From NCBI GenBank assembly GCA_038214755.1, contig JBBQRQ010000007.1, positions 6,448-70,447 on the forward strand: a DNA stretch of 64,000 nucleotides, read 5' to 3'. Made by a program: the position numbers and the translations under genes. The notes beneath the pieces are model-generated. The model worked only from the letters and a program-made list of their open reading frames with translations. It had not been told where the DNA came from and searched no databases. Position 1 is the first letter of the stretch. Each line of letters begins with the position of its first letter. Positions 1 to 11,323 of this stretch are shown piece after piece. The DNA is from Verrucomicrobiota bacterium (GTDB lineage Bacteria; Verrucomicrobiota; Verrucomicrobiia; Limisphaerales; CANJXF01).

Positions 1-210
1 CGCGCGAAAATCCACCGTCGACAAAATCGTCCAACCAAATTTTTTCGCAGACTCCAAAGCGCCGCCGAGCGGAGAACTATAGCCAGCGCCACGCAACATT
101 TCTTCACCGCGCAAAATGGTGAAATCGCGCAATTCAGTCGTGCCTTCCACAAACGTGTGCGTTTCGTGAAACAGACCGGCAAAAAGAATGCGTCTTGATT
201 TTGACATCAT
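1..210 (-). CDS. M81/MlrC-family metallopeptidase, N-terminal part (runs off the window)
   Basis: Manual translation from the ATG at 210: MMSKSRRILFAGLFHETHTFVEG... matches the MlrC-family N-terminal 'G(F/L)xHE(T/S)NTF' motif. Not in the ORF track. Confidence 0.75.
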   Translation of the reverse strand, partial: MMSKSRRILFAGLFHETHTFVEGTTELRDFTILRGEEMLRGAGYSSPLGGALESAKKFGWTILSTVDFRA

Positions 211-363
211 GAATTGTGGGGTCGCGCCACAGACAACCAGCTATGCCTTCTTTTTAAGTTTATCTTTCAAAAACCCTGCGATCTCGATCAACGCTTCCGA
301 ACCCACCTTTTCACCTTCAGGATTTATTTCAAAAATTCTGACGCGAACAGTTTCGAGTTGATG

Positions 364-1500
364 CTAAGCTTGCCTAGCTATGTCTTCGTTTCTACTAAAC
401 TTTAGGATTTCCCGGAATTCCTCGATCAAGACTGCTTGACTGATCCCGTCAGGCAGCCCATCCCAAATCTCAAGAAGTTGAGTGATAGAGTGCAGAATCC
501 AATCTTCATCAGTCGGGTGAGTCATTCTGCCCCGCAGCATCAATTTTGCTATGAGTCTTTGCGACGACCTCAATGGCTCAAGACTTTCTTCTCGCCGTTT
601 GAGATCTTCAACTTTGGAGAGAATTCTTGCGTTAGGTTGATCTACGTTGAGATGCTTTGAAACTTGAATAGGCGGAACTGTGGGGAATCTATTCCTTGAA
701 AGCTCCTTTAATGCGACCTCGATTATCTCATTTTCCCAATCCGCGTTGAATGGTGAAAGAAGGATTTTGTTTACGAATCGAGAGGTATCTACACGAATAT
801 CATGGCCACTGCCTCTTCTGCTTCCTCCGGGCAATGATTTAAAGATCCGGAGTTCTTTTTCATGCTCAAACGCTCGGCGTTTCAAGAGCCAAGGATGTTT
901 TACGTAAAATGGCGGCAAATCATTTAGTTCATCTTCATTTCGATAAATGACCGGCGCGATAACCCAAGGTGTGTTCTTTTCGTATTGATCAGGCATTGCA
1001 AAACCGTCAACTGCGGTTGCGAGTTGCTTAACAGTACTAAAAATCGCGGCCCCCGTTCGACCCGAATAGATTTTCCACATTGCATCCGATTCTTCAGCAT
1101 TTAAATGCCAACAATTGCAAATTACTCCGTCTGCCCATTCCCTAATTTCAAACACCGTAATCAGTTCACGAACAGATAACAGGTCGGCAGATTCAATCTC
1201 GTTCCGAATACGTTGAATTGTGCTTACGCGCTCCTGCAATGAGCCATTTAACATCGGCCCCGGAAAAAGGGCCAAAGTTACTGCCCAATGCCGAAGCTCT
1301 ATCAAAGATTCGTTCGCGTAACGCGCCGGGGGCCACAAGGTGCATTCATACGGATCACTCTGCTGATAAGAAGCCAGTTTTGGAAAAAATATCGTTGACT
1401 GAATGATGAGCCGAAGAAGTTTTGAAAATGATAAATAATGACAAATCGCCCCATCTTCAACGCCTTCAATAACACATTTTTGTGGCAAAGCTTCGGTCAT
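364..1500 (-). CDS. DUF2971-like hypothetical protein
   Basis: Motifs 'CNCWHLNAEESDAMWKIYS' and 'KRRAFEHEKELR'. Start moved to ATG 1500, which overlaps the upstream stop as ATGA. Confidence 0.65.
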   Translation of the reverse strand: MTEALPQKCVIEGVEDGAICHYLSFSKLLRLIIQSTIFFPKLASYQQSDPYECTLWPPARYANESLIELRHWAVTLALFPGPMLNGSLQERVSTIQRIRNEIESADLLSVRELITVFEIREWADGVICNCWHLNAEESDAMWKIYSGRTGAAIFSTVKQLATAVDGFAMPDQYEKNTPWVIAPVIYRNEDELNDLPPFYVKHPWLLKRRAFEHEKELRIFKSLPGGSRRGSGHDIRVDTSRFVNKILLSPFNADWENEIIEVALKELSRNRFPTVPPIQVSKHLNVDQPNARILSKVEDLKRREESLEPLRSSQRLIAKLMLRGRMTHPTDEDWILHSITQLLEIWDGLPDGISQAVLIEEFREILKFSRNEDIARQA

Positions 1501-2834
1501 TGTTTCCAATCTATCGCATGTCTCGCAAAAGCTTTCTCCGCTTTTTGCAATGCTTCCTGAATATCCTGTTCGCGATGCGCCATGCTGATGAACCAGAGGC
1601 CGCGTTCGATGGCGCGGACGCCTTCTTCCAAAAGACAGCGACGCAGATGCGTCCAGCATGGCGCGTCGTGGCGGCGGACGTAATCGCGATAGTTTTGCAC
1701 CGGGCCTTCAGCGCAACCGGCGCGCAACATGACGGTGTGGAAAACCAATCCCGGCCCTTGCGGTCGCAGAGCAATTGCATATTGATCGGCGAGTTTTCTC
1801 AAACCGCTCATTAATTTTTGTCCGAGCGAAATAATTTCCTGCGGATGTTCGTCTCCTTGCGCCTCGACAAAATCCAAACACCATTTGCTGGCGGCGAGGC
1901 AGAGCGGATTTCCATTCAACGTTCCAGCGTGAACGACTTCGCCTTTGATAATTTTCGCCATCGCCGATTCCTTGCCCGCGAGCGCGGCAAACGGCAATCC
2001 GCCTCCGACCGCTTTGCCCAGAATCGTGAGGTCGGGAACGAAGCCAAAATATTTTTGCGCGCAACCCGCGCCGAAACGAAAGCCGGTAATCGTTTCATCG
2101 GCGATCATCAACATTTTTTCCTGATCGCAGAGTTCGCGAATGGTTTCGAGCATTCTGGGAACTGGCTCCATGCAACCGGTGTTGCACAGCACTGGTTCAA
2201 AAATAATCGCGGCAATTCTGCCTTTGAATTCGGCAACGCGCCGACGCAAGTGATCGGGGTCGTTCCAGCGCGCGACGACGAATTGTTCCAGCACTTCGGG
2301 AATCACGCCTTGGCTCGGATGCAGCCGCGTGGGATTATCTTCCGCGCCCCATTTGTCCGGCGGCGGCGCGAAACCAACGAGACCTTCATCCGCCCAGCCG
2401 TGATAATGACCTTCAAATTTCAGAATCAGCGGACGGCCCGTGTGTGCGCGAGCAAGACGGAACGCGGAGAGCACGACTTCTGTGGCGGAATTGCTGAAGC
2501 GCATCAGTTCCGCTGACGGAATCATTTTTTGCAAGCGTTCGGCGACCTCAATTTCCAGTTCGGATTGCGCGGCCCAGTGCGTTCCGAGCCGGGCCTGTGC
2601 AGCAATTGCGTCGGCCATGCCTTCCGGAGCGTGACCATAAAGCAAAGCGCCCTGTCCAATTTGAAAATCAATATATTCGTTGCCATCGACATCCCAAAGA
2701 CGCGGGCCATTGCCGCGCTCGAAATAAAGCGGGACCGGCTGTTCCATTTTGCGGATGCCGCTGTTGACGCCCGCGGCAATGCTTTTGCAAGCGCGTTCGT
2801 AAAGGCGGCGTGATTTGGTGAACTGGTAAGGCAT
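1497..2834 (-). CDS. Class III PLP aminotransferase (glutamate-1-semialdehyde aminomutase-like)
   Basis: 'DVDGNEYIDF', 'FEGHYHG', 'DETITGFR' and 'GKAVGGG' (PLP lysine). Start taken at MPYQF (2834). Confidence 0.9.
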   Translation of the reverse strand: MPYQFTKSRRLYERACKSIAAGVNSGIRKMEQPVPLYFERGNGPRLWDVDGNEYIDFQIGQGALLYGHAPEGMADAIAAQARLGTHWAAQSELEIEVAERLQKMIPSAELMRFSNSATEVVLSAFRLARAHTGRPLILKFEGHYHGWADEGLVGFAPPPDKWGAEDNPTRLHPSQGVIPEVLEQFVVARWNDPDHLRRRVAEFKGRIAAIIFEPVLCNTGCMEPVPRMLETIRELCDQEKMLMIADETITGFRFGAGCAQKYFGFVPDLTILGKAVGGGLPFAALAGKESAMAKIIKGEVVHAGTLNGNPLCLAASKWCLDFVEAQGDEHPQEIISLGQKLMSGLRKLADQYAIALRPQGPGLVFHTVMLRAGCAEGPVQNYRDYVRRHDAPCWTHLRRCLLEEGVRAIERGLWFISMAHREQDIQEALQKAEKAFARHAIDWKQ

Positions 2835-2841
2835 GTCGAAA

Positions 2842-3621
2842 TTATTTTGCCGTATAACCGCCATCGACCGGCAAGTTGGCAGCGGTGATGTATCGCGAGG
2901 CTTCACTCAATAAAAAGACAATTGCTCCACCCAGATCGTTTTCGTTAGCCATGCGGCCCAGCATCGTGTGCTTGTTGTAATTACTGAGGAATGGTTCAGG
3001 CTGGTTATTAAAAAATCCACCGGGCGAAACGCAATTGACGCGCACATTATTTTTTCCATAAAGGCCGGCGTAATAGCGCGTCAGATTAATCATTCCGCCT
3101 TTATGAAAAAAATAATCGGGCGGCGGAACTGGCATATTTGTGCCTTCGTAAAGTTCAAAGCTTGGACCGGCCATACCCATGGTAGAGCCGATGTTCACGA
3201 TGCTGCCCGAGTTTTGCTGGCACATGATCTGGCCGAACGCGCGGGTCATCAAAAAAAATCCAGTCGCATTCACCCGCATCGATGCTTCCCAAGTCGCAAG
3301 AGTGTCGTCCGGGCCATTCATCGTGCGTGTGACAGAATTATTTACCAACCCGTCAACGCGTCCAAATTTTGTTAAAACGCGGTCGCGTAAATCGAGAATG
3401 GATTTTTCATTGGCTTGATCGAAAGCTTCGCAGGAAACGTTGCCGCCCCGCTGGTTCTCGACGTTCGCGATCTCCTGCAATTTTGCCACATTGCGTGAAG
3501 CAACAATCAGTGTCGCGCCAGCCTGAGCAAGCGCGGAAGTGAATTGACGTCCGTAGAGTCCCGCGCCGCCGGTCAGGACGACGACCTTCTCTTTCAAACT
3601 GAATTGATCGAGGATGCTCAC
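2842..3621 (-). CDS. Short-chain dehydrogenase/reductase (SDR)
   Basis: TGGAGLYG Rossmann motif, YxxxK ('YFFHKGG') and C-terminal 'VDGGYTA'. GTG start at 3621. Confidence 0.9.
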   Translation of the reverse strand: MSILDQFSLKEKVVVLTGGAGLYGRQFTSALAQAGATLIVASRNVAKLQEIANVENQRGGNVSCEAFDQANEKSILDLRDRVLTKFGRVDGLVNNSVTRTMNGPDDTLATWEASMRVNATGFFLMTRAFGQIMCQQNSGSIVNIGSTMGMAGPSFELYEGTNMPVPPPDYFFHKGGMINLTRYYAGLYGKNNVRVNCVSPGGFFNNQPEPFLSNYNKHTMLGRMANENDLGGAIVFLLSEASRYITAANLPVDGGYTAK

Positions 3622-3625
3622 TGAA

Positions 3626-4429
3626 TTATTGATAAACAGATTTCGCTGCTGCCGTCGGAGCCTGCTTTTGAAAATCGGCCATTCGCTCAGCGAAATATTG
3701 CCCCGCGCCAATCACGTCAGCGCCAATGTTGAATGCCTGATATCCTTCCTCTTCGAGCGCGGCCCTCGAGCCGAACAGTCCCGCCGACATGGCAAACTTT
3801 CCATTCGCTTTGGCCGCCGCCGCAACCCGTCTCCGCGCCGCGATGACTTCTGGATTTGTAACCTGCCCGGGCTTGCCGATGAGATGACTGAAATCGCCCG
3901 GTCCAAAAAGTAAAATATTGAAGCCGGGAACAGCCGCGATTTTCTCGACGTTGTCCACCGCTTCCGGAGATTCAATTTGAAAAATAAGCACGCGTTCTGT
4001 GTTGCTGTGATCGATATAGTCGGCGAGCGGAATCTGGCAGTAAACACCATCGACATTTCCACCGTCAATTGCGCGACGTCCCAGCGGATGAAAACGCGTC
4101 ATCTCGACAATGTGTTTGGCTTCCTCTGCTGTAGTCACATGTGGCACCATGATGGCTGTGGCGTCTGCCTCGAAAGGTTTGACGTAATCGCTGTAACTGC
4201 CCTTCTCGACCCGGACGATGGTGTCCATGTCATAAAGTTTCGCGGCGCGCACTTGATTTTCGAGATTGAACCAATCGTTGGCCACATGCTCATTGCAAAG
4301 CCAAACTGCCGAAAGTCCTGCCAGCCCGCACAGTTCAACGATGCGCGGATCGGAGAGGTTCATTTTCATACTGGCTGGACATTTGCCCGCGCGAAGTTCT
4401 TTTAAAATACGACTGGAGCGGAGTTTCAT
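3626..4429 (-). CDS. HpcH/HpaI-family aldolase
   Basis: 'EH', 'VPHV', 'QIESPEAV' and 'FGPGDFS' motifs. Confidence 0.9.
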   Translation of the reverse strand: MKLRSSRILKELRAGKCPASMKMNLSDPRIVELCGLAGLSAVWLCNEHVANDWFNLENQVRAAKLYDMDTIVRVEKGSYSDYVKPFEADATAIMVPHVTTAEEAKHIVEMTRFHPLGRRAIDGGNVDGVYCQIPLADYIDHSNTERVLIFQIESPEAVDNVEKIAAVPGFNILLFGPGDFSHLIGKPGQVTNPEVIAARRRVAAAAKANGKFAMSAGLFGSRAALEEEGYQAFNIGADVIGAGQYFAERMADFQKQAPTAAAKSVYQ

Positions 4430-4431
4430 AA

Positions 4432-5394
4432 TTATTTAGCAGCGATATCGGCGTAAATTTCTTCGAGCTTCACACTGCGTCCGTTTTGTACCCGGCTGCG
4501 AATTCCAGCAATAATAACGGCCATGAGTTCAACTGTTTGTTCAAACGGAAGCGGTGGCTGCCCGGTTCTCAACATGTCGATGAATGAAATCAATTGCTCA
4601 CGAAACGCTGTATAGGTATCTCGCAACGTCAAGGTCAATTGTCCTTTTGTTCCATAAACATGCACGGTACCAAAGCTGCCGTAGGCGTCGTGAATGGCCG
4701 CTATTGTCACTTGAGTTCCGCTCTTATGAGTGAGATGAACAATGTCCGAACCTTCCTGGTGATTTGTCTGCGCGCTGATGAATCCCGGGCCAAGTCGAGG
4801 AGAAATCGCTTCCAGCGCGTGAATGCCGTAACGCTCCCAGGTGTTGCAGGTAAAACTTGTGATCCAGCACAGATCTCCAGTTTCTTCGCAGCACTCTTTC
4901 ACCAGTTTCATCTCTGGCATGTAACGCATGCCGCTCGTTGAAAGAATTTTCGCGCCCGCCTTCTGCCATGCGATGAATTGTTTTAAGTCCGGCAGATTTA
5001 TGGCCAATGGTTTATCTATAAAGACAGGCAGGCTTGCCTCGACAAAAGGGGCAACGCGTCCAACATGATCGTTGCCGTCGTCGGTCGCGATAATTACTGC
5101 GTCCACTTTGCCTATCACATCCTCAGGCTTGGAAACCACATTTTCAATTTTGCTTGCGGCTGCAACTTTTGGCGCATCGCTAGGATTATCGGTCCAGATG
5201 TGAGTGACTCGCGCGCCTGGGATTCGAACCATTTCCAGAGGTTGCTTGCCCAGATATTGCGCAATGACCGGGTAGGCACATGATGCCATTTTATCCGGAT
5301 TGTAACCATTGATAATGGCCGACCATGAATAAGGATGACCATTGCCTTCGATCATTCCGAGCATCGCAAGCCGAATTTCTTGAGTAGAATTCAT
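4432..5394 (-). CDS. Gfo/Idh/MocA-family oxidoreductase
   Basis: 'VDAVIIATDDG..H', 'PVFIDKP' and 'YGIHALE'. ATG 5394 overlaps the upstream stop (ATGA). Confidence 0.8.
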   Translation of the reverse strand: MNSTQEIRLAMLGMIEGNGHPYSWSAIINGYNPDKMASCAYPVIAQYLGKQPLEMVRIPGARVTHIWTDNPSDAPKVAAASKIENVVSKPEDVIGKVDAVIIATDDGNDHVGRVAPFVEASLPVFIDKPLAINLPDLKQFIAWQKAGAKILSTSGMRYMPEMKLVKECCEETGDLCWITSFTCNTWERYGIHALEAISPRLGPGFISAQTNHQEGSDIVHLTHKSGTQVTIAAIHDAYGSFGTVHVYGTKGQLTLTLRDTYTAFREQLISFIDMLRTGQPPLPFEQTVELMAVIIAGIRSRVQNGRSVKLEEIYADIAAK

Positions 5395-6509
5395 ATTGTC
5401 AAAATCCGATCGCGCGCGGTCGTCCTCCACCGTTCTTTGGCTTCGCCGTTCTTTATCACCACAACTTCGGAATGCAAAGCGACGGTTGGGCACACGTGCC
5501 AGGGGACGCCATACAAACATGCGCCGACGGGAAACTCTCCGGCGCGCTCGGTTTCAACGACCAAATGTTCTTCACTATGGATCACCGCTTTAGCGTCAGG
5601 CAGATTCAGGAAGACAACGCGCGGATGAGGATTTTCGGCGGCAACGGCTTTGTGGCCGAGATCAAGACAGAGACGGTTAGGGCCGGGTTTGCTGACGACG
5701 CGCGTTAAGAGAACGGCTGCGTGAAGAAAATCCAAGTCGCGGCAACGCGAACCATAGCCTTCGTCCCATAAAACACACGTTCCCGGGCTACACTCAACAT
5801 CCGGTCGTTGCGCGTGAATTGGAAATGTGGGTGTTCCGCCGGCAACAATTCGGGAAACAGAAAACCCCGCCTGCGAAAGTTTTTCGCGTAAGGCGGTCAC
5901 GATGGCAAAACCTGCATCGCATTTTTGAGTTCGAACGGCTGGATCACTGTCGGCCAGATGTCCGTCATAGGCATGAAGCCCGGTCGGTCTTACTCCAGGT
6001 AATGCGTTGAGCAGACGATACAGCGCGATGGCTTTTTCTTCATTGGAAATTCCGGTCCGATGCATCCCACAATCGATGTCGAGAAAAACATCAATGGTAA
6101 GCCCGGCCTCGGTGACTGCGCGCGATAGACTGCGCAACGCTTGCTCATCATCGATCAACACCGAGAAATTTATTTTTGGAAATTTTTTGGCGAGTTGAAT
6201 GAGACGAAGCAGTTTTGGGCCGACCGGTTGGTAAGCCAGTAAAATATCAGAGGCCCCGCAATCGGCCAGCATTTCAGCTTCGGCAATGGTAGCGCATTTG
6301 AATTTTCTGATGCCGAGATTCATTTGCATTCGGACAAGTTCAGAAAGCTTATGCGTTTTGACGTGAGGACAAAGTCGATTTGGATCGCCGACAAGAGCAA
6401 TCAGGCGGCGCACATTTTCTTCGACGCGCTCGGGATAAATCAGCAACGCGGGAGAATCAACCTGGTCCACGTTGGAAACCTCGTACCAGCATTTGTTTGC
6501 GTTCGTCAT
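5391..6509 (-). CDS. D-threonine aldolase / DSD1-like PLP enzyme (alanine racemase fold)
   Basis: 'PHVKTHK' (PLP lysine), 'CATIAEAE', 'GMHRTG', 'AYDGH' and 'SEEH...PWHVCPTV'. Confidence 0.88.
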   Translation of the reverse strand: MTNANKCWYEVSNVDQVDSPALLIYPERVEENVRRLIALVGDPNRLCPHVKTHKLSELVRMQMNLGIRKFKCATIAEAEMLADCGASDILLAYQPVGPKLLRLIQLAKKFPKINFSVLIDDEQALRSLSRAVTEAGLTIDVFLDIDCGMHRTGISNEEKAIALYRLLNALPGVRPTGLHAYDGHLADSDPAVRTQKCDAGFAIVTALREKLSQAGFSVSRIVAGGTPTFPIHAQRPDVECSPGTCVLWDEGYGSRCRDLDFLHAAVLLTRVVSKPGPNRLCLDLGHKAVAAENPHPRVVFLNLPDAKAVIHSEEHLVVETERAGEFPVGACLYGVPWHVCPTVALHSEVVVIKNGEAKERWRTTARDRILTI

Positions 6510-6639
6510 TTCACCGTAGCGAGACTATTCGGTTCAACTTGGTTCCCTGGGGTTCCTTCGCGTCATTGCGGCGTTCCCCAAACGAGATACTCCAGTCTGG
6601 ATTGTTGTGCTTCTCTCCTTCGTCCCGAACCGATCCACT

Positions 6640-7010
6640 CGCAGGCGCAGTGATTGCGTGGGCCAGTATTCGTTCAATTTTGCATTGGCCTTCGGTCACT
6701 TCACCGACTTCGCGACTGGCTTCGGGCGTCATTTTATGATAAGTGACGGTCTTCAGAAACTTTTCCACCCCAACACCACCTGTATAGCGCGCTACGCGAC
6801 TCGGGGGGGAGAATGTGATTGGTGTCGATTGATTTGTCGCCGTAGGCAACAGTTGTTTCTTCGCAGATAAATTACGAACCGTAAATAGTCAAATCTTCGA
6901 CATAATCTTTATCTTCAACATGTAGTTCCCAGTCCTCCACGCGTAGTCATCGCTTAGTTCGACGGCTTCATCCATAATCAGCAACACGAACCATCCCGTT
7001 GTCGCGCCAC
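6640..7010 (-). pseudogene. Decayed histidinol dehydrogenase-like gene (HisD/HpsN-type), C-terminal remnant
   Basis: Across frameshifts and stops it reads DEAVELSDDYA...EETTVAYGDKSIDTNHILP / SRVARYTGGVGVEKFLKTVTY...LAHAITA, the HisD-family C-terminal signature. Confidence 0.7.
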
Positions 7011-7167
7011 CCTCGTGCGTTACGCCTCTAATCACGTGCAGCATCTCAACAGGCTTGGCCGCAGTTTCAATTTATGGTTTTCAAAAACACCCAGTGCGCA
7101 CCTCCTCCACCTTCACCGATGATCTGCACGCCGCACAAAATGTCTGTCGGCTTTAGGTCGCTAACAC

Positions 7168-8310
7168 CAGAGCAAATTCAGCGAAGCGCAGATTATGGGG
7201 ATACGCCGAGAGGCCGGTGGTGACACGCCGGTCAAGGTGGTGTGTCCGGCATGACGTGAGCGAAGCGACGTTTTACAAGTGGCGCTCCAAGTAAGGCGGG
7301 ATGGAGGTCAACGAAGCGCGCAGATTGCGTTCTTGGGGGGAGGAGAACGGCTGGTGGAAGCGGTTGGTGGCGACCAAGCCGTGCAAATCCAGATCCTCAA
7401 GGAGGTGAACTCAAAAAAAAATGGTAAGCCCGTACACCGGGTCATCGAAACGGGATTGGACACGACGGCAGAAGCCTGTCGCGACGTTAGACTGGCCCGA
7501 TCGAGTTATTACTGCAACAGCACGATGAGCACTGCGAGAATCGAAATTTCCAAAAAGCAGATCGTACGTTTGAGTCAGGATCATCCGCGTTACAGGTATG
7601 GGAGGGTGACGGCGATGCTGCGCCGAGATGGTTAGGAGATCAACGCCAAGCGGGTGTAGGGAGTCCAAAGAAGGGGAGGATTGCAAGTGAATCGAAGGCA
7701 ACAAAAGCTGCGCCGATTGGGCCTCTCGACGGCGCGGCAGCGAGCGATGGAGGCCAATCAGGTTTGGAGCTGGGACTTTGCCGAGAACCAAAATGAAAAC
7801 GGGACGCGGTTGCGAATGTTGACGTCGATTGATGAATACACGCGAGAATGCCTGGGGATGCGGGCTGGTCGATCCTGGCAGGGGACGGCATCACGGTGGT
7901 GGAGGCGGCAATGGGGCGTTACGGCTTGCCGACGCATCTGCGCATTGACAACTGGACGGAGTTCATCGCCTATGCGATCAAGGACTGGGTGCGAGACAAG
8001 AACGTGAAGACGATTTACATCACACCGGGTGCGCCGTGGGAGAACGCTTACATTGAAAGCTTCCACGACAAGCTTTGGGACGAGTATTTGAACCGCAAAA
8101 TCTTTGGCAGCCTTTTGGAGGCGCGGGTTGTCATCGAGCAGTGGCTCCTTTATAATAACGCGGAGTGGCCGCACATCTCGCCGGGATCTCAGAGGCCGAG
8201 CGAGTATGCTGGCCGCGCCATCCGCCGTTCGGAACTCCGGTCGGGCTACGCCCTTCCTCCGTCCCGAACTGTCTAACAAAGTCTCGAACCCATGGCAGAA
8301 CCATAGATTG
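7168..8310 (+). mobile_element. Degenerate IS3-family (IS407-like) element
   Basis: OrfA remnant 'SKFSEAQIMG...SEATFYKWRSK*GGMEVNEA', A9 slippery run at 7413-7421, and OrfB DDE remnants 'WSWDF', 'RIDNWTEF', 'ENAYIESF'. In-frame stops and frameshifts; ends not resolved. Confidence 0.85.
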
Positions 8311-8323
8311 TTCTATTGCGAAA

Positions 8324-9841
8324 TCATTTAGTGAATGAAGGTATGCCAATTCCCATCGCAGCAATGTCGGCACCGATCCCCGGAGGAAAGTCATTTGTTT
8401 TTACATCATGCGCCAGCCATTTGCGAAAATCGAGTTGGCGCACCTGAGACTTGGAATCTTGTTTTGAGGCGAGTTGGTACGCCGTAAATTTCTGAAGCGG
8501 AAAGAATACGTTCTCAAGTCCGATTTGGCCAATATCATAGATATTTTCATCGGCCAACCAGTTTCCCCCGGACCTGATCTCAACCTCGTAATTGCTTCCC
8601 CCGAGGATGAGGGATTTGGTGAGTTTCAGCGATCCCCCTTTTGCCACCACCGTTGATAAATGGTTCACAGTGATCCTGCTGGCCTCCAGAGAACACCTGT
8701 CGCTTACAAGAATCTTGCTGGAACTTTTTTCCGGCATTTGAGAACCATCAAACACAACGTTCTCCATTTGCAGGAGGCAATGATCCCAGCCCTCATGTAA
8801 AGCACCGCGTGCCGGATCGGCCAGCCATTTATCGTTGCCGAATTGAGTCATTAAACTGAGCGGCGCTACATTACCGTGAACCTGGATGTAACTATTCTTC
8901 AAAACATGCGTGCCGCCCCCGTAATAATATAGGTCAACTCCATGAATATTTTTGGTGACCAGATGGTTGATAACGTCGTTTCCGCAGTTGGCTATCCCCG
9001 TGGCACAACCGTCAACTTCAAAGCCGTCCACTCTCAATTCGGAGTCGGCATGAGAGCTCATTCCATCATCGCAGCATTCGATCGCTTTGATATTCTCATA
9101 CACAATATCACGAATCTTATAATTCCTTTCTGAAGGCGCAGATCCGCTGGTAAGGCCAAACCCGTCATTAATCACGTGAGTAGCGGTAATGTTTTTGATG
9201 ACGATGTGACTCACATTACCCCAGATTTCCGTTCCACTGACTCTGGTCGGCACACGAATGTGATAACTCGCCAAGGTTCTCTTTGGATCAATTTTAAGTA
9301 AATAGGCATGCTCATTCTCCTCCTGGTATGTCCACTCGCCGATCTGCAGGTCCGCAATAGATTTATAAGGATCTAAATGGCCTTTGCCTGAACGGCCCAT
9401 TCGGTTTAGTTTCCCGTTCATGACCAGCGCGAAGCGCATAAGAAACGCTGGGCTGGAAGAGATTGGTTTGAAATAGAGGATGGTATTGCGATATAGACCT
9501 GGACTTATCTCATGCCAATCGCTTTCCACTAAAGGGTCGCTTCCATCGATAACTGCTCCATGACCATCCAGGGTAATAGGCTTGCCGGGTTCCCCAGACT
9601 TATTTCGAAATTCAACACACTCTTTAGTATAGGTTAATAGCGCTAGATGGATTGTATCTCCAGGCTTAGCTGTTTTGATTGCGTGAGCAATTGTTTTAAA
9701 AGGACCGTTTGTGGCCTTAATCTCTGAGGAAAGTCCATTCGCTGTATCACCGCCGGTTTCCGGATTGACGTATAAATCAGCAGCGTATCCTTTTGAGAAC
9801 CACATGCTCAAAATAAGGAGAGGAATAATATATCGACTCAT
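8324..9841 (-). CDS. Secreted right-handed parallel beta-helix protein
   Basis: Signal peptide, 'LYVNPETGGD..NG...PFKTIAHAI...PGDTIHL' cap, and beta-helix repeats ('NDGF', 'DDGMSSH'). Confidence 0.7.
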   Translation of the reverse strand: MSRYIIPLLILSMWFSKGYAADLYVNPETGGDTANGLSSEIKATNGPFKTIAHAIKTAKPGDTIHLALLTYTKECVEFRNKSGEPGKPITLDGHGAVIDGSDPLVESDWHEISPGLYRNTILYFKPISSSPAFLMRFALVMNGKLNRMGRSGKGHLDPYKSIADLQIGEWTYQEENEHAYLLKIDPKRTLASYHIRVPTRVSGTEIWGNVSHIVIKNITATHVINDGFGLTSGSAPSERNYKIRDIVYENIKAIECCDDGMSSHADSELRVDGFEVDGCATGIANCGNDVINHLVTKNIHGVDLYYYGGGTHVLKNSYIQVHGNVAPLSLMTQFGNDKWLADPARGALHEGWDHCLLQMENVVFDGSQMPEKSSSKILVSDRCSLEASRITVNHLSTVVAKGGSLKLTKSLILGGSNYEVEIRSGGNWLADENIYDIGQIGLENVFFPLQKFTAYQLASKQDSKSQVRQLDFRKWLAHDVKTNDFPPGIGADIAAMGIGIPSFTK

Positions 9842-9844
9842 GCT

Positions 9845-11314
<1,470 letters not shown>

Positions 11315-11323
11315 CCGAAGATG

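Noticed and set aside
1497-2834. Naming either class III aminotransferase hemL
   Set aside because: The context is catabolic, with no tetrapyrrole genes; only family-level similarity is supportable.
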